From an uncultured Bacillota bacterium (GTDB taxonomy: Bacteria; Bacillota_I; Bacilli_A; RFN20; CAG-288), in the NCBI GenBank assembly GCA_949290645.1, contig CASESG010000004.1:74821-138820 (forward strand): a DNA stretch of 64,000 nt, read 5' to 3'. Of this stretch, positions 25,868-34,987 are shown piece after piece (the first letter of the stretch is position 1; each line of letters starts with the position of its first letter). Both the position numbers and the translations under genes were made by a program. The notes under the pieces are model-generated. The model was given only the letters and a program-made list of their open reading frames with translations, was not told the DNA's origin and made no database searches.

Positions 25868-27219
25868 TTCCCCAGGCAGAAGTGAGAGAAAAGGGTCTGA
25901 TAGATGTCCTCCATCGTCTTTCCCTCGTCCTTTCCCAAAAGTTCGTTGATCGTCGAGACCACCTGCCGCAGAGTGTCGGAAGCGATGTCGAGCTGTGAAG
26001 TCTCCTCGATGCTTGACACACTCTCCGCAAGACCGTTGAGGATCTTCTCCAGATAGGATTCCTCCCTCTCTCCCAAGAAAGCGGATTCCTCCTTCTCCTC
26101 CAGATCCAGGAGAGAGAACATCCTGTCGATCAGAAGAGAGAGATCTCCCTCCAGAGAAGAGAGGACAAGGTCGGCCCCGTCGGTAGGGACACCAAGATCC
26201 TTCTTGGTCGCGACCTTGAGGACCTTCTTCCCCTTTAAGACAGAGAGCAGTTCCTTCTCCTTGGGCAGGAAGGAAAAGCCCGAGTCGGAGGCCAGAAGGA
26301 CAAGGTCGGAATCCTTGATCGCCTGGAAGGACTTGTGGATTCCGATGTTCTCGATCTCATCCTCTGTCCTCCGGATTCCCGCCGTGTCCTTGAAGAGGAA
26401 GCGGATGCCCCGAATCTCCTTCTCTCCTTCCACGACATCCCTTGTCGTCCCCGGGATCGAAGAGACAATCGCCTTGTCCTCTCCGATCAAGGCATTGAGA
26501 AGAGTCGACTTCCCGACATTGGGCTCCCCGACGATCGCAACCTTGATTCCCTGATATTCCTTATTGTTCCTTCTTGTCCCTTCCAAAACCTTCTCCCACT
26601 CTTGAATCTCCTTCTTGAGCCAGGAAGAAATCAGAAGAAGCTCCTCGTCATAGTCATCCTTCTCATCGGAATACTGATCCTCGACATAGTATTCCAGCTG
26701 AGCGATCTGTTCCAGAAGACCCTCTTTCAATTCCTCGACCTTGTGGCTGTTTTCTCCGCTCAGAGTCTTGTTGGCCAATTCCATCGCCCTTTGACTTTGG
26801 GCATTGATCAGGTCGTTGATTCCCTGTGCCCTCAACAAGTCCATCTTTCCGTTGTAATAGGCCTGAGCCGAGAACTCCCCTTTCTCCGCCAACCTCGCCC
26901 CGTTCTTCACCAAAGCCTGAAGAAGGCTCTTCGCCACAAGCGGAGAACCATGGATCGAGAAATCAACCGTATCGAAACCCGTATAGGATTTCGGCCCCTT
27001 CGAAAGGAAGACAAGGGCCTCATCGATGAGCGTGTCCGGATCCTCTTTGTTTTCGTATAGTTTCGTCAGATAGACACGCCCCGTTTCCATCTTCTCGACC
27101 TCTCTTTTTGTCAAAGAGGAGAAGACCGAAAAAGCCTTCGGCCCCGAGAGACGGACCAAGGCCAGAGCACTCTTGTATGGTGAAGTCGCCAGTGCGCAGA
27201 TCGTGTCAAAGACAAGCAT
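25864..27219 (-). CDS. mnmE: tRNA uridine-5-carboxymethylaminomethyl modification GTPase
   Basis: DTICALAT N-terminus, G-domain GEPNVGKSTLLNAL / DTAGIR, and C-terminal FCLGK. Start chosen at ATG 27219 (MLVFDTICALAT). The listed ORF extends to ATG 27258. Confidence 0.9.
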   Translation of the reverse strand: MLVFDTICALATSPYKSALALVRLSGPKAFSVFSSLTKREVEKMETGRVYLTKLYENKEDPDTLIDEALVFLSKGPKSYTGFDTVDFSIHGSPLVAKSLLQALVKNGARLAEKGEFSAQAYYNGKMDLLRAQGINDLINAQSQRAMELANKTLSGENSHKVEELKEGLLEQIAQLEYYVEDQYSDEKDDYDEELLLISSWLKKEIQEWEKVLEGTRRNNKEYQGIKVAIVGEPNVGKSTLLNALIGEDKAIVSSIPGTTRDVVEGEKEIRGIRFLFKDTAGIRRTEDEIENIGIHKSFQAIKDSDLVLLASDSGFSFLPKEKELLSVLKGKKVLKVATKKDLGVPTDGADLVLSSLEGDLSLLIDRMFSLLDLEEKEESAFLGEREESYLEKILNGLAESVSSIEETSQLDIASDTLRQVVSTINELLGKDEGKTMEDIYQTLFSHFCLGK

Positions 27220-27225
27220 GAAAAC

Positions 27226-27234
27226 ATTATAGCA
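27226..27234 (-). promoter_or_regulatory. Perfect extended -10 element (TGcTATAAT) 6 nt upstream of the mnmE ATG
   Basis: Minus strand reads GTTTCTTGCTATAATGTTTTCATG. The spacing would place the transcription start at or next to the A of ATG 27219, giving a leaderless mRNA. Confidence 0.4.
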
Positions 27235-27509
27235 AGAAACACCCTCTCCGACTCTCATCCGCTCTCTTTTCTCCGTTCAATGAAAAGGATATGGAAGATA
27301 GGAAAACAATGCTCTGTCCTTAGCGAAAAGAAGAAACTTGATTCCATGACAAACAGGTCGGCATTCGAAAAAGCTTCGGTTCTTAAACCAAGGAACTTAA
27401 GTATTGGTATATCATTTCACATAGCGGGCTCTCGTAAGAGAGAGCGATCTGCGCAAGGAAGAAGCAAAGGATTTCCTCTTTGCCTTTATGGTCTGGCCAA
27501 AAGAACCAG

Positions 27510-28403
27510 TCACTCGTCTTCGACCAGACTGAATGTCGGATCATCGGGGTCGAAGATCTCGCCATCATAAGCCTGGAATTCCCCTTGCTGGATGTCCATC
27601 GCGCTTTTCACGGACATCGTGTTCAAGGCCAGGCCGGAGGCATAGATCTTTTCTTCCTTGGTCGTCTCGATATGAGTCAGGATTCCCTCTTCCAAGGTGA
27701 TGGTCGTCGAGGAAAGAAGCCTCCGCTGATAGACATCCGTCCCTTCGACGAAGAGATTGACCTCGTAGGAGAAGGAAGTCTCTCCATCGGTGAGAGATTC
27801 GGGAAGGTCAAGGACTACTTCGACATCCTTCACGCCTTGATAGGAGAGAGCATCAGACAAGGACTTCGCTTCCGACATTGCGGCATCCAGGGAGAGATTG
27901 GCTTCGATCGAGGATTCCGCAAAAGGAAGGAGCTGTTTCGTTCCGGTTCCGTCCTCGTATCGCAACAGCTGATAGAAGGATTCTTCGTCATAGGAGGTCT
28001 GCATCTCATAGGAAGTGGAGGAACCATCCATCGTGAGGACACCCTTGCGGACGACAAGGTCTCCGTCCTCCTTGCTGGAGTAGCGCCCTGCCGTGAAGGC
28101 ATCCTTTCCGTCAATGGTGATTCCGTCCTCTTCCGTCCCAGTGGAGAAGAAGTAGGAAGTCTCCTGCTCTCCCTGGATCTGATTGGGATGGCCACCGGCC
28201 TTGGAAAGCTTCTCGACAAAATCTTCCGCCGTCAACGGAGTAGACGAAGAAGAAGAAGAGGAGGAGGAGGAGGAAGAAGAGGACAGAGAGGAAAGAGAGG
28301 AAGATTCCGTCCCGGAAGAGGTGGAAGAAAGGGAAGAAGAGGATTCCTTGTTGCAAGAGCAGAGGAAAAGAAGAGGAAGGATCAGGAAAACTGACTTTTT
28401 CAT
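27510..28403 (-). CDS. Lipoprotein, short member of the local paralogue family (tether plus N-domain only)
   Basis: MKKSVFLILPLLFLCSC lipobox and a 38-aa Ser-rich tether including Ser14. PLTAEDFVEKL is shared with the 792-aa protein. ATGA overlap with the upstream gene. Confidence 0.8.
   Translation of the reverse strand: MKKSVFLILPLLFLCSCNKESSSSLSSTSSGTESSSLSSLSSSSSSSSSSSSSSTPLTAEDFVEKLSKAGGHPNQIQGEQETSYFFSTGTEEDGITIDGKDAFTAGRYSSKEDGDLVVRKGVLTMDGSSTSYEMQTSYDEESFYQLLRYEDGTGTKQLLPFAESSIEANLSLDAAMSEAKSLSDALSYQGVKDVEVVLDLPESLTDGETSFSYEVNLFVEGTDVYQRRLLSSTTITLEEGILTHIETTKEEKIYASGLALNTMSVKSAMDIQQGEFQAYDGEIFDPDDPTFSLVEDE
28242..28283 (-). repeat. (TCY)14 trinucleotide tract encoding 14 consecutive serines
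   Basis: Plus strand reads AGACGAAGAAGAAGAAGAGGAGGAGGAGGAGGAAGAAGAGGA. On the coding strand this is 14 Ser codons, 13 TCY and one TCG. Confidence 0.9.
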
Positions 28404-30280
28404 TCGCTCACCTTCTTCGCATCCAGCTGCAAGGTATAGGCGAAGAAGTTCGGATCGCTCATTCCGAAGGTCAGGTAGCTGTCCTCTCCGGTCGCATAGA
28501 AATAGCCATCGTTTTGATCATAGACATATTCGAAGCCGGCTTCCGAGACAAAGGTGATGGTGGACATCTTCACCTCGATCCGGTCATCGGAATAGCTCTC
28601 CTCGAGGGTATAGGTGAAAGGAAGTTCCTTCTCGACCGGGAAGGTATATCCCGTATCGTCGGAATGGATGGTCAAGGAACCGGTTCCGTCTTGGTTGAAG
28701 ACAACCGTCGCCGCGTCGGGAATCTCCTCTCCCGTATCTCCGTTGGGAAGGGATGCGGTCCAGGTTCCGACCGCCGAGGCCTTGATTTCCTCGATCGTCT
28801 TCTTCTCCTGGATATGGAAATCGAGGACATCCTTCACCTCCGGATTCTTCACGGAGGAGACGGTCACCTGACCTTCTCCGACTTCCTTGAAGTAGAGGGA
28901 ATAGTCCTCTCCGTCCTTGCGGACTTCGATGAGCTCCGGAGTGTCGGAGACCACCTGGATCTCATCCAGGCTGTTCTCCGGCTTGCCGTAGATATAGAGA
29001 TTCTCTTCCGTTCCCTTGTAGTGGAACTTGCTGTAGGTGTTGGCTTCGATGCTCTCCAAAGCGGGGGCCTTCACGGTGACGTCGATCGTCTTCTTCATTC
29101 CGTTCTGGGCCTGAACGGTCAAAGTTGTCGTTCCTTCTCCGACGGCACGAACATAGTTCCCGCTGTCATAGGAAGTGACGGAGATGACCTTCTGATCGCT
29201 CGAGGAGACGATGGTCAGTTCCGTGTCCAAGGCTTTCTCCGGAAGGACATCGACCGCCCGGGCATGGACAAGCTCTCCATAGGGGAAGTTGTCCTTGTCG
29301 GCATCATAGCGGTCAGGCATGATTCCGTCGCTGGATTGAATCTGGACGGCAAAATCCACGAGGAAGTAGTCCGTGGGATTGACTCCCGTTCCGTCATATT
29401 CTGTCTTCGTCCCGTAGGTGATGTCCTGTTCTTCCCTCACCTCTTCGTAGAGGACGGTCTCTGCGGTCTCGTTTCCTTCCTCGTCCAGAGCCGGGACTCT
29501 CTCCTGATAGTCGAAGGAGAAGGAGAGAAGCTCCATCTCCGGAGAGAAAGTCAAGGAGCAGTCGACACCGAAGAAGGAAGTCGTCCCCAGGATGACATCC
29601 TGATAGCTCTTCTGGATGGAATAGGTGCTCTCTCCGGTCTCTGCGTCGATGACAGGAGCGATATCGTCAAAGCCGATGATGATCTGGCTCTCGAGATAGT
29701 TTTCATAGAGAGAAAGAAGCGAGTCGATGGAGGAAAGAGAAGTTTTTTCTTTGATTTCCTCCTCTTTCAGGCTTTCTTTCATCGCCGTGTCTCGCTCTTT
29801 CCCTTCTCCGTAGTCCACGATGTCATAATACGTTCCTTCCTTCACTCCGCGATAGAGCTGATAGGTGTCGGAAGTCTCTTCCGGATCCTTGTAATCGTAG
29901 GTGACTTTCATCCTCTCCGTTCCGCTTCCGGTGAGGACGGAATCGGAATAGGATCTTCCTTCTTCCTTCACGTCCGTCTCATGGATGGAATAGAGGGAGG
30001 TCTCGTAGTGTTTTCCAATCCGGTTGTACTGGACTCCTCTCTCCTTCAGGATTTCCTTCCCTTCTCCTTCGAGGAAGGAGAAGAGCTCATGGATGGTGGA
30101 GAAAGTCTTTTCCGGAACGATTGGTTCCGCCGAAGAGACGGAAGAGGAAGAAGACTCGGGCGAGGAAGCGAGACTGGAATCCTCCTTTGAAGTCGAGCTT
30201 GTCGAAAGGGAAGAGGAGATCTTGTTCTCCGAGCAGGCGGTCAGAAACAGAAACGGAAGCAGAAACAGAGCTTTTTTCAT
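28400..30280 (-). CDS. Lipoprotein, family member (N-domain, two Ig-like modules, lipocalin-like C-domain)
   Basis: MKKALFLLPFLFLTAC lipobox and Ser-rich tether. BIG2-like LTIVSSSDQKVISVTS..AVGEGTTTLTV. C-terminal GTWTASL..VVFNQDGTGSL module. ATGA overlaps on both sides. Confidence 0.85.
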   Translation of the reverse strand: MKKALFLLPFLFLTACSENKISSSLSTSSTSKEDSSLASSPESSSSSVSSAEPIVPEKTFSTIHELFSFLEGEGKEILKERGVQYNRIGKHYETSLYSIHETDVKEEGRSYSDSVLTGSGTERMKVTYDYKDPEETSDTYQLYRGVKEGTYYDIVDYGEGKERDTAMKESLKEEEIKEKTSLSSIDSLLSLYENYLESQIIIGFDDIAPVIDAETGESTYSIQKSYQDVILGTTSFFGVDCSLTFSPEMELLSFSFDYQERVPALDEEGNETAETVLYEEVREEQDITYGTKTEYDGTGVNPTDYFLVDFAVQIQSSDGIMPDRYDADKDNFPYGELVHARAVDVLPEKALDTELTIVSSSDQKVISVTSYDSGNYVRAVGEGTTTLTVQAQNGMKKTIDVTVKAPALESIEANTYSKFHYKGTEENLYIYGKPENSLDEIQVVSDTPELIEVRKDGEDYSLYFKEVGEGQVTVSSVKNPEVKDVLDFHIQEKKTIEEIKASAVGTWTASLPNGDTGEEIPDAATVVFNQDGTGSLTIHSDDTGYTFPVEKELPFTYTLEESYSDDRIEVKMSTITFVSEAGFEYVYDQNDGYFYATGEDSYLTFGMSDPNFFAYTLQLDAKKVSE

Positions 30281-32184
30281 TGGGCATCCTCCACAAGGTC
30301 AAAGACCAAAGTCCGATAGTTTTCTTCGTCGTCAAAGGCAAGGTACGTTCCGTCCAATCCCAGATATCCCTTTGTGAAGGAAGGCTCATACTCTGTCCAC
30401 TGGAGAGTCAGGTCCCGTCCATCGACTGAGTAGGTGAAAGGATCGGTGTAGCTTTCCTCTTTTGTCTCTTCCAACATGTATCCCGTCGTCTCATCCTCGA
30501 AGACCATCGTGTAGCTGTAGCCATAGAGAGATTCATAGAAGAAAGACTTTCCGACGATCTTTTCCTTCGTCTCTTCGCTTGTCAACTCGGGATAGACCGA
30601 GAAAGTCTCGCTGCTCTTCTTGCTCGGATCGAAGGTGCTTGAGACAGTGACGGTCGCCTCTCCTTCCTTCAAGCCCTTCACGATGATGCTCTCTCCGTCT
30701 TCGCTCTTCGTCACGGACAAGACGGAAGGATCGGTGCATTCGATGTCGAATCCCTGCTCGGCCGTCGAAGGAGAGACATAGATCCGGAACGTGTATTCCT
30801 TTCCCAGAGCAAGCTGGTTTCTCTCCGGAAGCAGGGACTCGAAGGTGACGGAAGTGACCGGGTCGTTGCTGACGATGTGGATGTCGAGGTCGATGAAGCA
30901 GTTCTTCCAGACGCCATCCTCCATTCCGAAGTAGGCGAAGGTCAGGGTCGTGTCTCCTGTTCCGACAACTTCGAAGTATCCTTCCTCCTCGGTCGAGACG
31001 ACCGACTGATCGGAAGAAGCATAGGGGACAAGGTCCTGGTCGAGGATCGCCTTCTCCGGCTCGTAAGTCAATGGCTTCGCCCGGAGATAAGCGACTGAAG
31101 GAGAGACCTTTGTGGGATCAAGCTCCTCTCCATAGGAATCCGTCAGCTGGATCGAGGTGACCTGTTGGAGATAGTAATCCAGGACATCCATCGGATCTGT
31201 GGAAGGAACCTCCTCCCGAGTTCCGTATTCCAAAGTAGCCTCGGTCTTTGTCTGGGAAAGATAGGAATCCTCCGGATCGTCGTTTCGGACATCTTCCTGG
31301 CTGGACAAGGTCGTGTAGGAGAGAAGCTTCTCTTCCTGGGAATCCAGGGTGAAGGAAGCTTCCACGACATAGGTCGTGACGTTGTTGATGTCGCCATCGA
31401 GCTCATACTCCGCCCGTGTGGAATAACGGACAGAATCCGAGAGGACTTCCCTCTCCATCGAAGTCACTCCCGCCTGCTCGACATAGGGGCTTCCCGAAAG
31501 CTCCGAAGCGATGAACTGATAGAGATTTCCGACATGCTGGAAAGTGGCAGCCAGAGGTGCTTCCTCAGTCAGGATGTACTCTCCGGATGCAAGACCGACC
31601 TGCTGAGCCTCCCTGTCGCTGTCGAAGACGAAGATCCGGTCCCTCGAATCGGAATAGTCCGGAAGGCCAAGACGATCCTCTTCATAATCCACGACCTGAT
31701 AGAACATCGAGAAGTCCGCAACAGCACCGGAGTCCGTCTCGATTTTCTCCTCTCTCAAGAGGGAGCGTCTTCTCAAGGTATCCTGATTGGTCACCTTTCC
31801 CTTGTTCGTCTCCTTCACCGTTCCCGTTCCATAGGAGGAACCATCGGCATAGAGAGTCAGGGATTGATCCTGCTCGCGGACGATATCGCCGCTTGTCGCC
31901 GTCACCGACAAGGTCTCCTTAGAAGCCTTCTTCTCCTGTTTCTGCACCTTGGAGAGAAGGGAGAGAGCTTCCGCAAATGAGACCTCCTCCTTCTGATCTG
32001 TGACAGAGCTTGTGCTGGAACTGTCGCTTTCCTCACCGGAAGCGGTCGAGGAAGGAAGAGAAGAAGAAGGAGAAGAAGAATCCATCGGAGTGGAAGGCAA
32101 GGAAGAAGAAAGAGAGGAAGAAGAATTGTTGGCACAGGCCGTAAGGCCCAAAAGAAGAGGAAGGAAGAGCGTTTTCTTTTTCAT
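30277..32184 (-). CDS. Lipoprotein, family member (N-domain, two Ig-like modules, lipocalin-like C-domain)
   Basis: MKKKTLFLPLLLGLTAC lipobox and Ser-rich tether. Ig-like ASSDQSVVST..VVGTGDTTLTF and SVLSVTKSEDGESIIVKGLKEGEATVTV. C-terminal MVFEDETTGYM module. AAGGAG RBS. Confidence 0.85.
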   Translation of the reverse strand: MKKKTLFLPLLLGLTACANNSSSSLSSSLPSTPMDSSSPSSSLPSSTASGEESDSSSTSSVTDQKEEVSFAEALSLLSKVQKQEKKASKETLSVTATSGDIVREQDQSLTLYADGSSYGTGTVKETNKGKVTNQDTLRRRSLLREEKIETDSGAVADFSMFYQVVDYEEDRLGLPDYSDSRDRIFVFDSDREAQQVGLASGEYILTEEAPLAATFQHVGNLYQFIASELSGSPYVEQAGVTSMEREVLSDSVRYSTRAEYELDGDINNVTTYVVEASFTLDSQEEKLLSYTTLSSQEDVRNDDPEDSYLSQTKTEATLEYGTREEVPSTDPMDVLDYYLQQVTSIQLTDSYGEELDPTKVSPSVAYLRAKPLTYEPEKAILDQDLVPYASSDQSVVSTEEEGYFEVVGTGDTTLTFAYFGMEDGVWKNCFIDLDIHIVSNDPVTSVTFESLLPERNQLALGKEYTFRIYVSPSTAEQGFDIECTDPSVLSVTKSEDGESIIVKGLKEGEATVTVSSTFDPSKKSSETFSVYPELTSEETKEKIVGKSFFYESLYGYSYTMVFEDETTGYMLEETKEESYTDPFTYSVDGRDLTLQWTEYEPSFTKGYLGLDGTYLAFDDEENYRTLVFDLVEDAQ

Positions 32185-32205
32185 GTGGGAATCTCCTTAT
32201 TTCAT

Positions 32206-32242
32206 CAAACGCAAGAAAGGCGCCCGGGAAATCTCAGGCGCC
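32206..32242 (-). terminator. Weak hairpin between the 726-aa and 635-aa lipoprotein genes
   Basis: GGCGCC (32237-32242) and GGCGCC (32219-32224) can pair across a 12-nt loop. On the minus strand the hairpin is followed by TTTCTTGCGTTT. Possibly a partial terminator. Confidence 0.3.
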
Positions 32243-32259
32243 AAGAACAGAGACAAAAG

Positions 32260-34440
32260 TCAGCCTAAGGTCGAAAGGTCTTCGATGCGATCGGTCGCTG
32301 TCAGAGTGTAGGTGTCGACACTTCCGAAGTAAGAGACATCCACTTCGATGGAAGTGTTGTCCAATGCGCGGGCGGCTTCGAAGACATAGCGTGTCGCATC
32401 ACAGGTGATCGTGAAATCCAAGGTCGTCTCATCCAAGGACCAAGTGAAGGATTGGACATCTTCCCAAGTCATTCCATAATAGTCGCTACCGATACGGAAG
32501 CTGCCTGTGCCGTCGGCATTGAAATTGAAGTAGAGATAGGTTTCTTCGTAAGAGGAGCTTTCCTTTCCGCTCATCGTCTTGGTCGTCAGCGTCTCTTTCA
32601 AAGCGGTAGCATCGGGCGGATTCTTGACGTTCAGAGTCACGCTTCCCGTGACAGAAGGATCTTCCGTGGAGGCCAGATCGATGACAACCTCTCCTTCCTT
32701 CCTGCCCGTGACGGTGAAGACTCCGGCTTCTTCCGTTTCCACGATGTCTGCTTCGCCAGTCGATTTCTCGGCATTGACGACGGCCGTCACACCCTGGTCA
32801 GCCATCTCCGGAACGATCGTTACGGTCAATGTGACCGAAGAATTGACGAAGACGGTGTTGGAAGAGAGCGTTCCGCTCACCGAGGTCGGCTCCGGCTTCA
32901 CGGAGGTCAGCTCGATCGTCTTTTCCTCGCCCAAGCCGTTGTCGAAGACAAGGTGGAAGGTTCCTTCCTTCAAGACCTTGACTTCCTTGCCGGAATACGT
33001 GTCAGAAATCTCGACGAATCCTTCTTCCTCCGCACGGACAACTTCCGGAACGAGCAAGGCATTGTCATCCCTGGAGATGATTTGGAAGCTCAGAGTCGAT
33101 CCGTTTTCGACAACGTTGTCCTTGGCGGAGATGGAATCATAGGTGTTCGGCAACCTGTAGGAGACGTTGACATCGTAGTCATGCATCGCATAATCCTTCA
33201 GATGGATGCGACGATCGATGGTCTTCTTATACCCTCTTGTCGCCGTCAGGGAATTGGTTTCCGATTCCGAAGGTTCCGCCCCGGGATTGGGAGCATGTGT
33301 CTCCTCGTCATACTCGCTGTAACTGTCGCAGGTTGCCTGTGCCGAAGTCAGGAATCCCGTTCCGTCAAAGGTCAAAGAGAGAGTCGTCAAATAGAGGGTA
33401 TAGCCCGTGTCATGGACGCCGTCCAAGGTGACGGTGAAGCTCTTCTTGTCCTCTGCGACGACCGGAGTGATCTTGGCCTCATCCATGCGCGTGAAGTCAC
33501 GGTACTCCGAAGAATCCTCGTTGAAGTACTCGCCCAGGACAATGTCCGCAAAGCCATAGGAAGAGACAAGGCTCTTGGCTTGTTCCTGGGAAACGCCTTC
33601 TCCTTCCTCGTCCTCCGAGGTCAGGATATCTTCGGTTTCGAGCGTCTCCGTGGCATTCTTGGTCGAACTGGACAATGTCCCTTTCTTTACGTATTCATAA
33701 TATTTGCCGGTTTCATCGACACCTCGTTCGACGAAATACGGTGCACCATAGGCCGCATTCGAACTGCTCAACTGATAGCCAGAAACATGGAGAACGTCAT
33801 TTCTTCCAGCGACGATATCGTAAGAGAAATTCTCCTCATAGCTTCCACCAAAGTGGGAATAGGTTCCGCTCTGGAAGTAGGTTCCTTCCAAATCCTTCTC
33901 CTTGGTGAGAAGATCCTTGACCGCGCTGGCCGTGGTCGGAATCATCTCCGCAGTCACGTCCGGAGTGGCGACGATGGATTCCTCTCCCAGGGAAATGGCC
34001 TCGGTCTCGATGGTAACATCTCTTCTGGGCATGACGAAGGAATACTTTCCCTCAGCATCTGGGACAAGTTCCTTGCCGTCGGCCTTGACCATAGAAAGCT
34101 CAAAGTTCTCCCCGGTCAGCTCGACTTCGAAGACGACCTCCGAGCCCGCAGGAAGCTTTCCTGCCGCATCCAGTTCCGTCTCAAGCTTGATGGTCGTCCC
34201 TTCTCCCGGCTTGGTCGACAGAGCATAGGTCTTGTCGACCTCGATGATGACCGGATCTTCCTTCTCTCCTCCCTCGTCCGAGGAGGATGTCGAACTGTCG
34301 GATGGCTTCGAGGCCGAAGAAGAGTCGAGAGAAGAGTTCTCGTTGGACGGCAAAGAAGACAGAGAAGAGGTCGGAGTAGGCTGACAGGCAGAGAGGGAAA
34401 GAAGAGTCAGGACAGAGAGCGGCAACAGATATTTCTTCAT
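32260..34440 (-). CDS. Lipoprotein, family member with an extra N-terminal beta-sandwich module
   Basis: MKKYLLPLSVLTLLSLSAC lipobox and Ser-rich tether. Extra module ending ..YSFVMPRRDVTIETEA. Two Ig-like modules (..FTVTGRKEGEVVIDL..). C-terminal FNFNADGTGSF module. Confidence 0.85.
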   Translation of the reverse strand: MKKYLLPLSVLTLLSLSACQPTPTSSLSSLPSNENSSLDSSSASKPSDSSTSSSDEGGEKEDPVIIEVDKTYALSTKPGEGTTIKLETELDAAGKLPAGSEVVFEVELTGENFELSMVKADGKELVPDAEGKYSFVMPRRDVTIETEAISLGEESIVATPDVTAEMIPTTASAVKDLLTKEKDLEGTYFQSGTYSHFGGSYEENFSYDIVAGRNDVLHVSGYQLSSSNAAYGAPYFVERGVDETGKYYEYVKKGTLSSSTKNATETLETEDILTSEDEEGEGVSQEQAKSLVSSYGFADIVLGEYFNEDSSEYRDFTRMDEAKITPVVAEDKKSFTVTLDGVHDTGYTLYLTTLSLTFDGTGFLTSAQATCDSYSEYDEETHAPNPGAEPSESETNSLTATRGYKKTIDRRIHLKDYAMHDYDVNVSYRLPNTYDSISAKDNVVENGSTLSFQIISRDDNALLVPEVVRAEEEGFVEISDTYSGKEVKVLKEGTFHLVFDNGLGEEKTIELTSVKPEPTSVSGTLSSNTVFVNSSVTLTVTIVPEMADQGVTAVVNAEKSTGEADIVETEEAGVFTVTGRKEGEVVIDLASTEDPSVTGSVTLNVKNPPDATALKETLTTKTMSGKESSSYEETYLYFNFNADGTGSFRIGSDYYGMTWEDVQSFTWSLDETTLDFTITCDATRYVFEAARALDNTSIEVDVSYFGSVDTYTLTATDRIEDLSTLG

Positions 34441-34469
34441 GGGTTTCCTCCTTAATTAGGAATGGAAAC

Positions 34470-34499
34470 ATTATCCCTTCCTACCCCTCCCCATTGCAA
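34470..34499 (-). promoter_or_regulatory. Candidate sigma-A promoter for the 726-aa lipoprotein gene
   Basis: Minus strand reads TTGCAA (34494-34499), an 18-nt spacer, then GATAAT (34470-34475), ~30 nt upstream of ATG 34440. A TAAGGAGG RBS follows. Confidence 0.4.
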
Positions 34500-34987
34500 A
34501 AGCAATTTTCCAGGCACGGAAAATCGTTTTTGGGAAAGAAAAATGAAGATTATTCCTTTTTCCTGATTTTCTCTTCCTTTTCCCATCCTTATTTAATATA
34601 TGCCAAAGCGATAATAGCGCTTACATTTTTAGGATGAGAGAAATGAGAGAGGGGGGGAAGAGAGGGGAAGGCAGAGACGAAGCAAAGATTCCTTCTTTTC
34701 AAAGCCGTCCCTTTCCCTGGTTTTCTCATGGAAGTGGTCTTCTCCCTGCCCTAAGAAGCCTTGCCTCTTGCGGCGAGGCAAAAAGTAAGCGCTTTAATGA
34801 GGATTTCAAAAGCTTACCCATCCCCATCGATTTTCAAACTTTTTTTGCTTTTTGAAGAGAATGTCAAAATTTACCATGCTTTTTATTTTCTTTTCCAAGG
34901 TTCATCATTCTTATCGAAATCGGATCCGGAGCTCTCTCCCCTTTTTCTCTTTCTTTATACTTTTCCCAACAGAAAGGAGATGTCCAT

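Noticed and set aside
32452-34455. 667-aa ORF on the plus strand, and similar long ORFs at 28514..30190, 35252..36313, 47071..48381, 14130..15224, 8294..9433, 3275..4315 and 5221..6192
   Set aside because: All are codon-aligned antisense frames of confident genes, with repetitive R/G/D/E/L-rich translations.
34634-34855. 73-aa ORF inside the divergent lipoprotein control region
   Set aside because: It starts inside a purine-rich low-complexity block, has no RBS and no family resemblance. More likely regulatory DNA.
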